DNA from: an uncultured delta proteobacterium
Lineage (GTDB): Bacteria; Desulfobacterota; Binatia; UBA9968
Assembly (NCBI GenBank): GCA_963737905.1
Contig: CAVTUQ010000027.1
Coordinates: 75,635 to 139,634, forward strand
Reading direction: 5' to 3'
DNA: 64,000 nucleotides
Within the stretch, counting starts at the first letter, position 1. Each line of letters opens with the position of its first letter. Made by a program: the position numbers and the translations under genes. Below the pieces are notes generated by a model. That model was given only the letters and a program-made list of their open reading frames with translations, did not search any database and had not been told where the DNA came from. Positions 38,018-47,699 of the stretch are shown one piece after another.

Positions 38018-38040
38018 ACTTTGAACCTTGAACTTTGAAC
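37966..38040. repeat. Inverted heptamer array hairpin between convergent genes (possible bidirectional terminator/REP-like element)
   Basis: gtttaag gttcaat gttcaag gttcaac gt acgagac cgctt gtctcgt tgaac tttgaac cttgaac tttgaac. Confidence 0.85.
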
Positions 38041-38042
38041 TT

Positions 38043-38918
38043 CTATATCAGTGCGCCGCCTGTCGCCTCTTTGAAACGCCGGATGGCATCGATGTGGTCC
38101 GCAGGAGTTTTAAGCCCCGCTTTCATCGTGTTGACGGTCAAGTGAGTCGCCCCGAGTTTTTTCCACTGGGCGATCTCCTTGACCCACGTCTCGGCCGGTC
38201 CTTGGCTAATGGAAAGTCGTCCTTCAATGCCTATGCTCTTGGGATCGCGTCCCGCTTCCCGCGCGTACGAATGAACCTTTCCGATCGCTTCCCGGCACGT
38301 TTCGTCAGGCCTCAGCTGCGGAAACCACCCGTCGCCGAGCCGGGCCAGACGGCGCAATGCACGATCGTCGGTCCCGCCGAACCAGATTGGAATGGGCTGC
38401 TGAATCGGCAACGGGTTCAAACCTGCGTCGGTGATTTTGTGCCACTCGCCTTCAAAGCTGACGAGCTCTTGAGTCCAGAGCTTGCGCATGACTTCAACTT
38501 GTTCTTCGGAACGCCGGCCGCGATTTTTGAAGTTCTCGCCGAGCGCTTCATATTCGACCGGATTCCAGCCGATGCCGATTCCCAACCGCAGACGGCCGCC
38601 GCTTAAAACATCCAAAGCTGCGGCCTGTTTTGCCACCAGCACAGTTTGCCTCTGCGGCAGGATGATCACACCGGTGACCAGCTCAATTGTTCTGGTAAGG
38701 CCGGCCAGATACCCAAAAAGGACGAGTGGCTCATGGAACATGCTCTGGTGCGTATATGGGGGTCGCCAGCCGGGACGGCTCTCAAGGTTGGCGCCGATCA
38801 CATGGTCGTAGGCGAGAATGTGTTGATAGCCCAACTGTTCGGCCGCTTGCGCGAAATCTCGAATCACTATTGGGTCAGCGCCGATTTCGGTCTGGGGGAA
38901 AACGACTCCAAAACGCAT
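38043..38918 (-). CDS. LLM-class flavin (F420-type) oxidoreductase
   Basis: FAQAAEQLGY.HILAYDHV, ELVTGVIILPQR, LDVLSGGRLRLGIGIGWN..EY. Confidence 0.9.
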   Translation of the reverse strand: MRFGVVFPQTEIGADPIVIRDFAQAAEQLGYQHILAYDHVIGANLESRPGWRPPYTHQSMFHEPLVLFGYLAGLTRTIELVTGVIILPQRQTVLVAKQAAALDVLSGGRLRLGIGIGWNPVEYEALGENFKNRGRRSEEQVEVMRKLWTQELVSFEGEWHKITDAGLNPLPIQQPIPIWFGGTDDRALRRLARLGDGWFPQLRPDETCREAIGKVHSYAREAGRDPKSIGIEGRLSISQGPAETWVKEIAQWKKLGATHLTVNTMKAGLKTPADHIDAIRRFKEATGGALI

Positions 38919-39069
38919 ATTTCACTCCTTGTTTTTGCCCTGAAAAACTCTCTAGCTTGACCCTTGATTTTTGTAAAGAGCGTACGCAAATTCTATCCGT
39001 CGTATTCGCAAAAGGCGAACTTGACTTCGCTCTTTTAAACCGTAGGATACGACTAAAGGGGGATAGTGT

Positions 39070-39951
39070 ATGAATGCTGTTCGTACCACGATCCTATTAG
39101 CTGTTCTCACCGCTCTGCTGGTCTGGATCGGCGACATGCTCGGCGGCCGTCAAGGCGCCATCATAGCGTTGCTTCTGGCAGGAGGGATGAATTTCTTCAG
39201 TTATTGGTTCAGCGACAAGATCGTCATCAAGATGTACGGCGGTCAAGAGGTAAGCGCGCAGGATGATCCCGAACTCTATGGATTGGTTCAGGATTTGACG
39301 CAGCGGGCCGGACTGCCGATGCCCAAAGTTTACGTTCTGCCTCAGGATACACCCAATGCCTTTGCGACGGGGCGTAATCCGGAGCATGCGGCGGTTGCGG
39401 TCACCGACGGAATCCGCCGGATCCTCAACAAAAGGGAACTTGCTGGCGTCTTGGGTCACGAATTATCGCACGTGAAGCACCGCGATATTCTTGTGAGCAC
39501 CATCGCGGCGACCCTGGCGGGCGCGATCGGCTATCTGGCGCAAATGGCGCAGTGGGCGATGATCTTCGGCGGCAGTCGCGACCGCGACGAAGAGGGCGGC
39601 AGCAACATTTTTGGGCTTATCATCATGATGATCGTCGCGCCGATTGCGGCTATGCTGATTCAAATGGCTGTGTCTCGCTCTAGGGAATATGGGGCCGACG
39701 AGGGCGGCGCAAAGGTGACCGGGGACCCCTTGGCGCTGGCCAGCGCACTAAAGAAACTCCACATGGGCGCCCAGAGCATTCCGCTAGAAGCAAGCAACGC
39801 CACAGCCAATGCGACGGCGCATATGTTCATCGTCAATCCACTTACCGGCCGCGGCTTGGCGTCGCTGTTCAGCACCCATCCGCCCATGGAAGAACGGATC
39901 GCGCGCTTGGAGGCAATGGCAGGAAAAATGGGCTATGCCCGCGCGTCCTAA
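39070..39951 (+). CDS. htpX: Zinc metalloprotease HtpX
   Basis: [17 protein letters not shown] (HExxH), [21 protein letters not shown]. Confidence 0.96.
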   Translation: MNAVRTTILLAVLTALLVWIGDMLGGRQGAIIALLLAGGMNFFSYWFSDKIVIKMYGGQEVSAQDDPELYGLVQDLTQRAGLPMPKVYVLPQDTPNAFATGRNPEHAAVAVTDGIRRILNKRELAGVLGHELSHVKHRDILVSTIAATLAGAIGYLAQMAQWAMIFGGSRDRDEEGGSNIFGLIIMMIVAPIAAMLIQMAVSRSREYGADEGGAKVTGDPLALASALKKLHMGAQSIPLEASNATANATAHMFIVNPLTGRGLASLFSTHPPMEERIARLEAMAGKMGYARAS

Positions 39952-39957
39952 AAGCAA

Positions 39958-40623
39958 CTAAGCAACCATAATCGGCGACAGTAGTTTCTCTTCCAACCAC
40001 GCCGAGAGGTCGTTGAGACTTCTCGGCGAGATCTCATGTCCCATCTCATAGTCGCGGTAAGTGAGCGGCACGCGCAGAGCGCGGAGTTTTTCCACCGAGT
40101 CCCGCGCCCGCTGTACCTCAATCAGTGGGTCCTGCGTTCCATGGTGTACCAGTGTCGGTAGCGATTGAACACCTTCTTTGATGGAAAGCAGTGGAACGAG
40201 TTCATTGGGCAGCCAAGAGCTCAGGACCACTAGGCCGGCAAAACGCTCTGGGTTTGACAGGGCGAGGCTGTAGGCCATCACCCCGCCTTGACTGAAGCCC
40301 AGGACCACAAGTTTCTTGGCATCGATGGGATGGCGTTTCAGGCACGCATCAAGGAATTGTTGCAGCTTCTCTCTCGATGAGAGGATGGCGCCGACATCCG
40401 GCGGGCCGCCCATGCTCATGGGATACCAGGCGTAGCCGACTGCTCCCGGGCCGATGGGAGTTTCCAACGGTCCCTGCGGGCAGATCATCAGGAATTTGCC
40501 GTTGCAAAGATAGGGAGCAAGTCCCAGCAAATCGAGGGCGTTGGCGCCCCGACCGTGCAACGTCAGTATCGTCGGGTGCGGCCCAGGTCCGATGGGTTCA
40601 TAGATGGTATGGATTAAATTCAC
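39958..40623 (-). CDS. Phospholipase/carboxylesterase (alpha/beta hydrolase)
   Basis: LHGRG, GFSQGG, HGTQDP, MGHEI catalytic triad motifs. Confidence 0.92.
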   Translation of the reverse strand: MNLIHTIYEPIGPGPHPTILTLHGRGANALDLLGLAPYLCNGKFLMICPQGPLETPIGPGAVGYAWYPMSMGGPPDVGAILSSREKLQQFLDACLKRHPIDAKKLVVLGFSQGGVMAYSLALSNPERFAGLVVLSSWLPNELVPLLSIKEGVQSLPTLVHHGTQDPLIEVQRARDSVEKLRALRVPLTYRDYEMGHEISPRSLNDLSAWLEEKLLSPIMVA

Positions 40624-40728
40624 GCGTGATCTCCTTCATTATGGTTTATTTAGCAACGAAGAAAATCCGAACCTATAGACGGAATAAACCTCATCGGAGT
40701 GGGCTCGAAGCTAATCCGCGCTGACTGT

Positions 40729-42504
40729 TCAGTCCGGATAAGCTGAGTTCTTCCATACCATTGAACACTGTAGAACTTTGAACCCATTCCCCGAACAGCT
40801 CGCTTCCACCTTTACATCTTTAAGCCGCTCCAAGCTTTTCAGTCCGAGTCTGATGGGTATGACGACAGCGGCCAAAGTCAGAGCTAGCACGCCAAGGAGA
40901 GATGGCGCAATAACCCATAACTCCGGCACAGTCGATCGACCGGGACTCAATCCTCGCATCGCGAGAAGGTAGATGGGCCAGGCTTCGATCATTACAGCAG
41001 CGCCGATAAAGGCGATGCTAACGATCATACAGATGGCTCCGCCGAAGCTGGTCGGTATTTCCGCCGCATGGTCGAAGGTGAATTTTGGATAAAGCGCACC
41101 CACGCCGACGCAAATGGCCGCGATCCCGAACGTCATCAGGAAAACGGTCGCCAGGGAAAGGATCATCATCCACGAGGGAACCCGCAACAGCAGGTTGCTC
41201 AGAAACACGAGCAGTTCTCCGAGAATCAACAACGGAATGAGATTGAGCCAGAGTTTGCTCCAGAGCAAGGTGCGGAGCGAGATCGGCGCGGTTTGCAGGA
41301 TCCAGAAAGCCTTTCCTTCGAGACTGACGGCGGGAAAGGCGAAGCGCATGGCAACCGCACTCAACACGAAACCGGCCAAGCCCAAGTTCGCAAAGGAGAC
41401 CACGGTTTTCAGGGTCGCGGTCGGCAGCGGAGAGCGATCCAGGGGAAGAACCTTGAAGTTATAGAGATAGACGACAATCAAGGCGAGGAGCAAGAAAAGC
41501 TGTGACCATTGGGTGCTGTCACGGAGAAAGGTTTTGATGTCCTTCACCATCACTGCCCCGAGCACAGACGGAAAAGGACGCATAAGCCAATTCAACCCTC
41601 TTTCGAAAATCGGGTATGTGCGGCGTCCTTGCTTCGATTCCTGGGCCTTGGACCAGCCGGTTAAATAGACGGCGCCCGAGACCCAAGAGGTGACCAGCGG
41701 GAAAAACAGCGCGTAGCTCGCCAGGAGAGCGTAAAAGAAGCCCTGATCCGTGGGTTTTTTAAAGAGAGGGGCGGCGAGAACTTCGGCTGACCAGCTGCTG
41801 GGCAGAAACGGGGACGCCGGTGTTTCCATGGCGGAAAGAAACTGCAGGAAGTGGCCGAAGCTTTCGGGTTGAACCAATCGCTCCGGTTGGGAGAAGCGGA
41901 ACAGAAAGTAGATGATGATAAATGAAAACAGACCGATGAAGAAAAGGATATCACGGATTCGCTTCGCCGGAAGGCAATACACGAGCAAATGCGTGATTAG
42001 TACGCCGACAGACGCAGGAATGATCAAGAAAAGGGGCAGTACGACCATTACCCAAAGAGAGAACAGAATTCCGCTGCCAAAGACCGTGCCGTAGGCTGCA
42101 AAGATAGGCAAACTAAAGAAAAGCACCATCCAGGAAGAATTCAAAGTCGTGGCGATCAAACGCGAGTAGAAGAAGGGACCGGTTTGAACCGGGGTGGATC
42201 GGACGAGATCCAAATCGCGCGCGAGAAAGAAGGTCGACAGCGCCGTGATGAGGTTGCTGAAAAGCAGCATGGATAGAAAAGTCAGCAGGATGATCAACAA
42301 AAGTTGATAGGCCAAGCTTGGTCCCAGATCGTAAACCGATTGAAAGTAGAGCAACACGCGACGCACGACATAATAGATGCCGTACCAAAAGGCCGTGGCC
42401 AGGGCGACGAGCAACCAGCGGCGACTCCAAGCCGCGTTCCCGCGGAAGAACCCATTCTTCCAAGAAAGCCACATTGGGGAAAGGAGGATGGCGATCGAGC
42501 TCAT
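40729..42504 (-). CDS. Putative ABC transporter permease (multi-TM)
   Basis: Many TM segments; PSSW, KDIKTFLRD, SLEGKAFW; co-transcribed with an ABC ATPase. Confidence 0.8.
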   Translation of the reverse strand: MSSIAILLSPMWLSWKNGFFRGNAAWSRRWLLVALATAFWYGIYYVVRRVLLYFQSVYDLGPSLAYQLLLIILLTFLSMLLFSNLITALSTFFLARDLDLVRSTPVQTGPFFYSRLIATTLNSSWMVLFFSLPIFAAYGTVFGSGILFSLWVMVVLPLFLIIPASVGVLITHLLVYCLPAKRIRDILFFIGLFSFIIIYFLFRFSQPERLVQPESFGHFLQFLSAMETPASPFLPSSWSAEVLAAPLFKKPTDQGFFYALLASYALFFPLVTSWVSGAVYLTGWSKAQESKQGRRTYPIFERGLNWLMRPFPSVLGAVMVKDIKTFLRDSTQWSQLFLLLALIVVYLYNFKVLPLDRSPLPTATLKTVVSFANLGLAGFVLSAVAMRFAFPAVSLEGKAFWILQTAPISLRTLLWSKLWLNLIPLLILGELLVFLSNLLLRVPSWMMILSLATVFLMTFGIAAICVGVGALYPKFTFDHAAEIPTSFGGAICMIVSIAFIGAAVMIEAWPIYLLAMRGLSPGRSTVPELWVIAPSLLGVLALTLAAVVIPIRLGLKSLERLKDVKVEASCSGNGFKVLQCSMVWKNSAYPD

Positions 42505-42510
42505 GATCGG

Positions 42511-43260
42511 CTATTCGGACGGAACCTCGTCTGCCGCGTTGTCTTGGGTCAATTCGAGAAAGACGCTTTCCAAGTTTCCTTGTTTGGTTTGGGCCTGGGC
42601 GTATAAATCCGCCATCGTGCCGCAGGCGATGAGCCGGCCTCTTTGAATGATGCCGATTCTATGGCAAACCTCCTCGGCGATGCCGATGCTGTGGGTCGAG
42701 AGAAATACCGTCGTGCCCTGCTGAGAGAGAGAACGAAAGAGATCTTTCAACTTGCGCGCCCCTTTGGGATCCATGCCCACCATGGGTTCGTCCACTACCA
42801 GTATCCGTGGCTCGTGTATCAGCGACGCGCAGACGACGAGCCGTTGCTTCATGCCGTGAGAGTAGCTCTCCACCAGTTCGTCCTTCCAGCGGACCAGCTC
42901 GAAGTGCTCCAGCAGTTCGAGAATACGCCGTTCAAGATGGACGGAATCGACGCGATGGAGCTTCCCGACGAACTCCAGGAATTCGAGCCCGCTCAGCTTC
43001 TCATAAATGAAAGGGCGGTCCGGGATGAAACCGGAGATTGCTTTGGCTGCTTGCGGTTGCCGTTCCACGTCGTAGCCGCCCAGGAAAACCTGGCCGGCGG
43101 TGGGCTTGAGTATCCCCATCATGACGCGAATGGTCGTCGTCTTACCCGCGCCATTGGGTCCGAGAAAGCCAAAGATTTCGCCCGCTTGAACTTCCAAACT
43201 CAGCGAATCCACGGCCGCGAGTCGGTCGTAGTGTTTGGCGAGGTTCACCAGTTTGATCAT
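42511..43260 (-). CDS. ABC transporter ATP-binding protein
   Basis: GPNGAGKTT, YSHGMKQR, VVDEPMVGMDP, STHS. Confidence 0.95.
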   Translation of the reverse strand: MIKLVNLAKHYDRLAAVDSLSLEVQAGEIFGFLGPNGAGKTTTIRVMMGILKPTAGQVFLGGYDVERQPQAAKAISGFIPDRPFIYEKLSGLEFLEFVGKLHRVDSVHLERRILELLEHFELVRWKDELVESYSHGMKQRLVVCASLIHEPRILVVDEPMVGMDPKGARKLKDLFRSLSQQGTTVFLSTHSIGIAEEVCHRIGIIQRGRLIACGTMADLYAQAQTKQGNLESVFLELTQDNAADEVPSE

Positions 43261-43262
43261 GT

Positions 43263-44729
43263 TTACGAGGCCTCGATGACCGAGATTTTCAAGTTGCCGA
43301 TGAGCTGCAGGATATCTATTTGCCGATCGATCTCGCCTTCGAGAAACTTGATGTGAGTGGCATCTGCAGGAAACTGATTCAGCACGGAATCAACGGATAT
43401 CCATTCGCCGATCCAGACTTCGGACCAGGCATGATAGTAAAAGGCACCGCGCAGATAGACCACGCCGACCACGGTCTTCGCGGGAATTCCAGCCGCCCTG
43501 GCAAGAGCGTTGAAGAGAACCGTGTGTTCATTGCAGTCGCCTTTCTTCATTTGCAGGACTTCCAACGCATTGGGAATACTGACCGTGGGCTCTTTGGCGA
43601 TTTCTTTGTAGACCCAATTTTTGATTCTGAGCGCCGCTTTGCGCGCATTCTTTTCTCCCCGAACAATCTCCGCCGCCAGTCGCCGAATCTTTGGGTGGTC
43701 GCTTTGCAAAAACACAGTCGGTTGGATGAAAGGATCCAGCAGCCTTTGCCGCACCGGCAGTTCGACGACGGCCAGGTGGGTAATGTCTTCACGCCTGATC
43801 TCCAACTGATCTTGGTTCAGTTTCTGGCGGCCGATGTTCATGAGTGGAAAGTTTGAGAGGTGGATCCCGCTGAGCTTCAATCTGATCCGATTCTTCCTTT
43901 CGGGAGAAGGGATAGGCCTATCCGGTGTGATGGATGTCTGAGTGATCAGATCAAGAGAAACCGACTTCGTAGAAGAAAGACTCTGAGCCTCCAGAGGGCT
44001 CTGTCGTACCAAAGAAAAACCCGCCGGGGTTTCCTCCTTTAGGGTTCTGCCCGCGCCGTCGAGCCACGAGATGACGGAGATACCGTTGAAACGTTGACGA
44101 ATCCGCATGGCTGGTTCGATTCGTTCGCCGATGCGAACCTGTTCCCGCCCCTCGATCACTACCGTCGTCACTTGTTGGGAAAGCGTGGCTGGATCGAAAG
44201 TGGAAAAATGATGTTCCTTTCCCGGTTCCAGCTGCTGCGTTGCAACGTAGGGTTTGAGGGCGGCCAGAAGGTAAGGCGGTTGGGTGAGCGCGACTTCCCG
44301 TGTCGTAATGTGGCCGCCGGATTCCACTGTTAGAATGAGTTTCCCCGGCGCCACGCGGCCGCGGGCGTGGAATTTAACGTCATTCGCTTGCAGCAGAAAG
44401 TTGAATTTTTCGAGTGTCCACTCCTCGTCCACATCCATATCCAGATCGGTTGTCGCGTTCTGGGTCGTGCCCAAGAGCTGCAATCGCAATAACGAACGGT
44501 CCTGGATCTGATATCCGTTGGTTTTGGGTGTGATGGTCTGGGTGGCGTGACCGATTTTCTCGCCGTGGTAGAAGACGCCCCACGATTCCTGTATTCGTTC
44601 GGTGAGGGTTTCCGTACCGCGGAGCGTGATGGGTGGAGGCGGGGCCAAAAGCTGGCGCTTGAGTAGCAAAACATTCATCAAGCACCAGAAAAGCACGATG
44701 GCGACGCCAATGGAGCGCTTAACAAGCAT
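43263..44729 (-). CDS. Membrane-anchored transglutaminase-like protein
   Basis: N-terminal TM; GDCNEHTVL..ALARAAGIPA, YHAWSEV, W..VD catalytic Cys-His-Asp. Confidence 0.88.
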   Translation of the reverse strand: MLVKRSIGVAIVLFWCLMNVLLLKRQLLAPPPPITLRGTETLTERIQESWGVFYHGEKIGHATQTITPKTNGYQIQDRSLLRLQLLGTTQNATTDLDMDVDEEWTLEKFNFLLQANDVKFHARGRVAPGKLILTVESGGHITTREVALTQPPYLLAALKPYVATQQLEPGKEHHFSTFDPATLSQQVTTVVIEGREQVRIGERIEPAMRIRQRFNGISVISWLDGAGRTLKEETPAGFSLVRQSPLEAQSLSSTKSVSLDLITQTSITPDRPIPSPERKNRIRLKLSGIHLSNFPLMNIGRQKLNQDQLEIRREDITHLAVVELPVRQRLLDPFIQPTVFLQSDHPKIRRLAAEIVRGEKNARKAALRIKNWVYKEIAKEPTVSIPNALEVLQMKKGDCNEHTVLFNALARAAGIPAKTVVGVVYLRGAFYYHAWSEVWIGEWISVDSVLNQFPADATHIKFLEGEIDRQIDILQLIGNLKISVIEAS

Positions 44730-44749
44730 GCTGTGACCCATTATGCTAA

Positions 44750-45265
44750 ATGCAAAGAGCCACCAATTCAATGTCAAAAATGCGATCGACCGCGGAAGCG
44801 TCCGCTGCAGAGACAAAATTCGCCGTGGACAGGATGCTCGGGAAGCTGGCTAAATGGCTGCGTGTTATAGGTTACGATGTAATTTATGGTCAGCATTTGT
44901 CCGGCTATGGTCTCATTCGCGCCGCACGCGCTGAGAATCGCTTGATTCTCACCAGAGATCGCGGACTCCAAAAAAAACAACCGCCGGATTTCCTTTTCAT
45001 TGAGAGCAACCATTACCGCGAGCAGGTACGCCAGGTGATGCGAGCCTGCGGCCTCAGACCCTTGGACCGTGCCTTTACGCGTTGTCTCGAATGCAACATC
45101 GTCCTTGAGCCTCGGTCGAAAGCAGCCGTCGAAAACACCGTTCCACCCTACGTCTTCGCGACGCAGAAGAATTTTTCCTGGTGTCCGAAATGCCGCCGGA
45201 TTTACTGGCCCGCAACCCACCATCAAAGCATGCTGGAAGAGCTGAAGAATCTTGAGTCTGGTTAA
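44750..45265 (+). CDS. Mut7-C (DUF82) PIN-like RNase domain protein with Zn ribbon
   Basis: FAVDRMLGKLAKWLRVIGYD, LTRDR, RCLECN, CPKCRRIYW..HH. Confidence 0.88.
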   Translation: MQRATNSMSKMRSTAEASAAETKFAVDRMLGKLAKWLRVIGYDVIYGQHLSGYGLIRAARAENRLILTRDRGLQKKQPPDFLFIESNHYREQVRQVMRACGLRPLDRAFTRCLECNIVLEPRSKAAVENTVPPYVFATQKNFSWCPKCRRIYWPATHHQSMLEELKNLESG

Positions 45266-45463
45266 GGCTGTCGGCCCATAGCGTCCTCTCGGCAGGTTCT
45301 CGCCTCCAGTCAGTTGCAGAACCTAGAATTCGGCTGGCTCGTGTGCTAGATAAGAAAGACGTTTCTTCCACCGCAACCCTTATAAAATCGCGATGACCCG
45401 TGGGCGTGGAGCCTGTAAAAGGTTAAAATAAGAGCCTAGCAGGTAGCTTAAGACAAAGTTCCT

Positions 45464-45539
45464 TCCCCGGTAGCTCAGTCGGTAGAGCAGTTGGCTGTTA
45501 ACCAATTGGTCGGGGGTTCGAGTCCCTCCCGGGGAGCCA
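45464..45539 (+). tRNA. tRNA-Asn (GTT)
   Basis: 76 nt; TCCCCGG/CCGGGGA acceptor stem, TAGCTCAGTCGGTAGAGC D arm, CT-GTT-AA anticodon loop, GTTCGAGTC T loop, encoded CCA. Confidence 0.98.
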
Positions 45540-45730
45540 GATTTCAGAAAGGCCACTTTTCAATCGAGAAGTGGCCTTTTGCTTTTGGTAGGCAGAGTTC
45601 GTAAGTGCAAGTATGTCAAAGGGTTTTCGGTAGTTAGGAATCAGGGTGCCGTCTTTCCAAAGGCAGTTCGAGAGTACAAAATCGAGGATACGTCGCTTCT
45701 CCTTCATTTCTTGTTTTTCGTAAAGCTTGA
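45498..45730 (-). pseudogene. 3' remnant of a large serine recombinase reading into the tRNA antisense strand
   Basis: LYEKQEMKEKRRILDFVLSNCLWKDGTLIPNYRKPFDIL...IWLPGRDSNPRPIG*; resembles the C-termini of tRNA-adjacent large serine recombinases; N-terminal catalytic part absent. Confidence 0.7.
45548..45586 (+). terminator. Terminator downstream of tRNA-Asn, supplied by the element
   Basis: AAAGGCCACTT-ttcaatcgag-AAGTGGCCTTT followed by TGCTTTT. Confidence 0.7.
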
Positions 45731-45915
45731 GCCCCGACCTTCTAAGCCGCTTCGAGCAAGTTGCACGCGAGCAGCTCAAGCAGGTCGTGACCAACAGGGT
45801 CTCTCAGTTTTTCATCGTGGATTCTTACAAAGTCGAGGGCAAGGATCCGCTCGTGGACCGTACCCGGTCGCAATTCGGGTTGAGTTTATTTTATCCCTTG
45901 GATAACAAGGTATCC

Positions 45916-45980
45916 TTGTTAAATTAGAAGATTAATAAACTCTCGATTTGCGCAGGTTTAATAATCTGCTAATTTAACAA
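45916..45980. promoter_or_regulatory. 25-bp inverted-repeat operator of the AbiE operon
   Basis: ttgttaaattagaagattaataaac / gtttaataatctgctaatttaacaa (23 of 25 complementary, 15-bp spacer), ending 2 bp before the AbiEi ATG. Confidence 0.8.
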
Positions 45981-45982
45981 AC

Positions 45983-46780
45983 ATGGCTAGTTCTACAGGC
46001 AGCAAAATAAACCAGCTCCTCAAGGCATGGCCGTCCGGCACGGTGGCGGTGTTGCCCTGGCTCGAAAAACAGGGCGTCTATCAACAGCTCGTCCACGAAT
46101 ACGAAAAAACTTCCTGGGTACGCACGATAGGCCGCGGCGCCTATGCCAGGGCAGGCGATAAGGTCGAATGGACGGGCGGTTTGTATGCCATACAAGAGCA
46201 AATGGGTCTTCCCATACATGCGGGCGGAAAAACCGCTCTTCAAATACAGGGATATGCCCATTTCCTTGCGATGGGAAAAGGCGCAACAGTATCGCTCTTC
46301 GGACCTCCCGATATGAAACTGCCCGCGTGGTTCAAGCATTATCGCTGGGATATCAAAGTCCGCTACACCGCGACAAATCTTTTTGCCGGGCAAGTCGATC
46401 AGGGGCTCACCAAAAAGGACATGGGGCCGTATTCGATCAAAGTATCCGCACCCGAGCGCGCCATGATGGAAGTTTTGTATGGAGTTCCACTAGTCGAGTC
46501 CTTTGAGGAGGCGAAATTACTAATGGAGGGGCTTACCACATTACGCCCCCGAGTTGTGCAGAGCTTGTTAGAAAAATGTGCCTCGGTCAAGGTCAAGCGG
46601 CTATTCATGCTTCTTGCCGAAAGCTGCAAACATGCCTGGGTAAGAAAAATCGACCTGACGAACGTGGACTTCGGAAAAGGAAAACGCGCCCTGGTTAAGG
46701 GAGGACGCTTCGATCCCAAATACCAAATCACCGTTCCGAATATAGCACCCGCGGGCTCTGCTCCTGGAGCGCGCTCTTGA
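45983..46780 (+). CDS. Type IV toxin-antitoxin antitoxin, AbiEi family
   Basis: KINQLL..WP.G...WLEKQG, GRGAY, HAGGKTAL.IQG.AHF, SAPERAMME, SVKVKRLF, GKGKR. Confidence 0.9.
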   Translation: MASSTGSKINQLLKAWPSGTVAVLPWLEKQGVYQQLVHEYEKTSWVRTIGRGAYARAGDKVEWTGGLYAIQEQMGLPIHAGGKTALQIQGYAHFLAMGKGATVSLFGPPDMKLPAWFKHYRWDIKVRYTATNLFAGQVDQGLTKKDMGPYSIKVSAPERAMMEVLYGVPLVESFEEAKLLMEGLTTLRPRVVQSLLEKCASVKVKRLFMLLAESCKHAWVRKIDLTNVDFGKGKRALVKGGRFDPKYQITVPNIAPAGSAPGARS

Positions 46781-47697
46781 AGGACAGCCCGTTCTTCAAA
46801 CAAGCCGAATTGATGTTGAAAACAATACCGCACGTCGCTGCGGAAAACTGTTTTGCATTGAAAGGCGGCACGGCGATCAATCTGTTTGTGCGGGACATGC
46901 CGCGATTATCGGTGGACATCGATCTGGCATATCTGCCGGTGGATGAACCGCGCGAAACGGCACTGAAAAAGAGCAGTGAAGCCCTCGGCCGCATTGCGTC
47001 CGCAATCAAGAAAGCGATTGCGGGTACGAGGGTTCAGGAAAGTCGAGCTCGTGAACCAGATCATGTGATAAGGCTTATCGTCTCGACAGGGACGACGCGA
47101 ATCAAAATCGAGCCGAACGAAGTCATTCGAGGAGCGGTCTTTCCGTCAGTGGTGCGTGAGTTAAGCCGGCACGCGGAGGATCTTTTCGAGCTTTCGGTGA
47201 GCGCTCTCTCTCTTTCGCTGGCTGATCTTTATGGCGGTAAACTCTGTGCTGCGCTGGACCGCCAGCACCCACGGGATTTGTTCGACGTGAAGATTCTCCT
47301 GGACAACGAGGGCATCACAGACGAGATCCGCAGGGCCTTTGTCGTCTATCTCGCGAGCCACGATCGACCGATCCATGAACTGCTTGATCCCAAACGGAAA
47401 GACGTGCGGCGGATCTATGAGAACGAGTTTGCCGGTATGCCGATTGAGGAGATCGCTTACAAAGACCTGATCGCGGCTAGGGAGACGCTTATTGAGACGT
47501 TGAAGAAGGAATTGACTGATGGCGAAAAGACATTTCTTGTTTCGATAAAGTCGGGCGAACCAAACTGGAGCGTGATGGGCATCGAAGGTATTGAGAAACT
47601 TCCGGCGCTTCAGTGGAAACTGGTCAACATTCAGAAAATAGGGGCAAAGAAACGTACCGAATTACTGGCCAAACTTAAAAGAACGCTCGGATTGTAG
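46777..47697 (+). CDS. Nucleotidyltransferase toxin, AbiEii/AbiGii family
   Basis: FALKGGTAINLF...RLSVDIDL, GKLCAALDRQHPRDLFD; 4-bp overlap with the antitoxin. Confidence 0.93.
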   Translation: MKDSPFFKQAELMLKTIPHVAAENCFALKGGTAINLFVRDMPRLSVDIDLAYLPVDEPRETALKKSSEALGRIASAIKKAIAGTRVQESRAREPDHVIRLIVSTGTTRIKIEPNEVIRGAVFPSVVRELSRHAEDLFELSVSALSLSLADLYGGKLCAALDRQHPRDLFDVKILLDNEGITDEIRRAFVVYLASHDRPIHELLDPKRKDVRRIYENEFAGMPIEEIAYKDLIAARETLIETLKKELTDGEKTFLVSIKSGEPNWSVMGIEGIEKLPALQWKLVNIQKIGAKKRTELLAKLKRTLGL

Positions 47698-47699
47698 TG

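Noticed and set aside
37966-38040. Heptamer arrays as a CRISPR array
   Set aside because: 7-bp units with no unique spacers; no cas genes in the window
45727-45927. 66-aa plus-strand ORF between the recombinase remnant and AbiE
   Set aside because: No RBS or recognisable motif and it runs into the operator; at most a gene fragment
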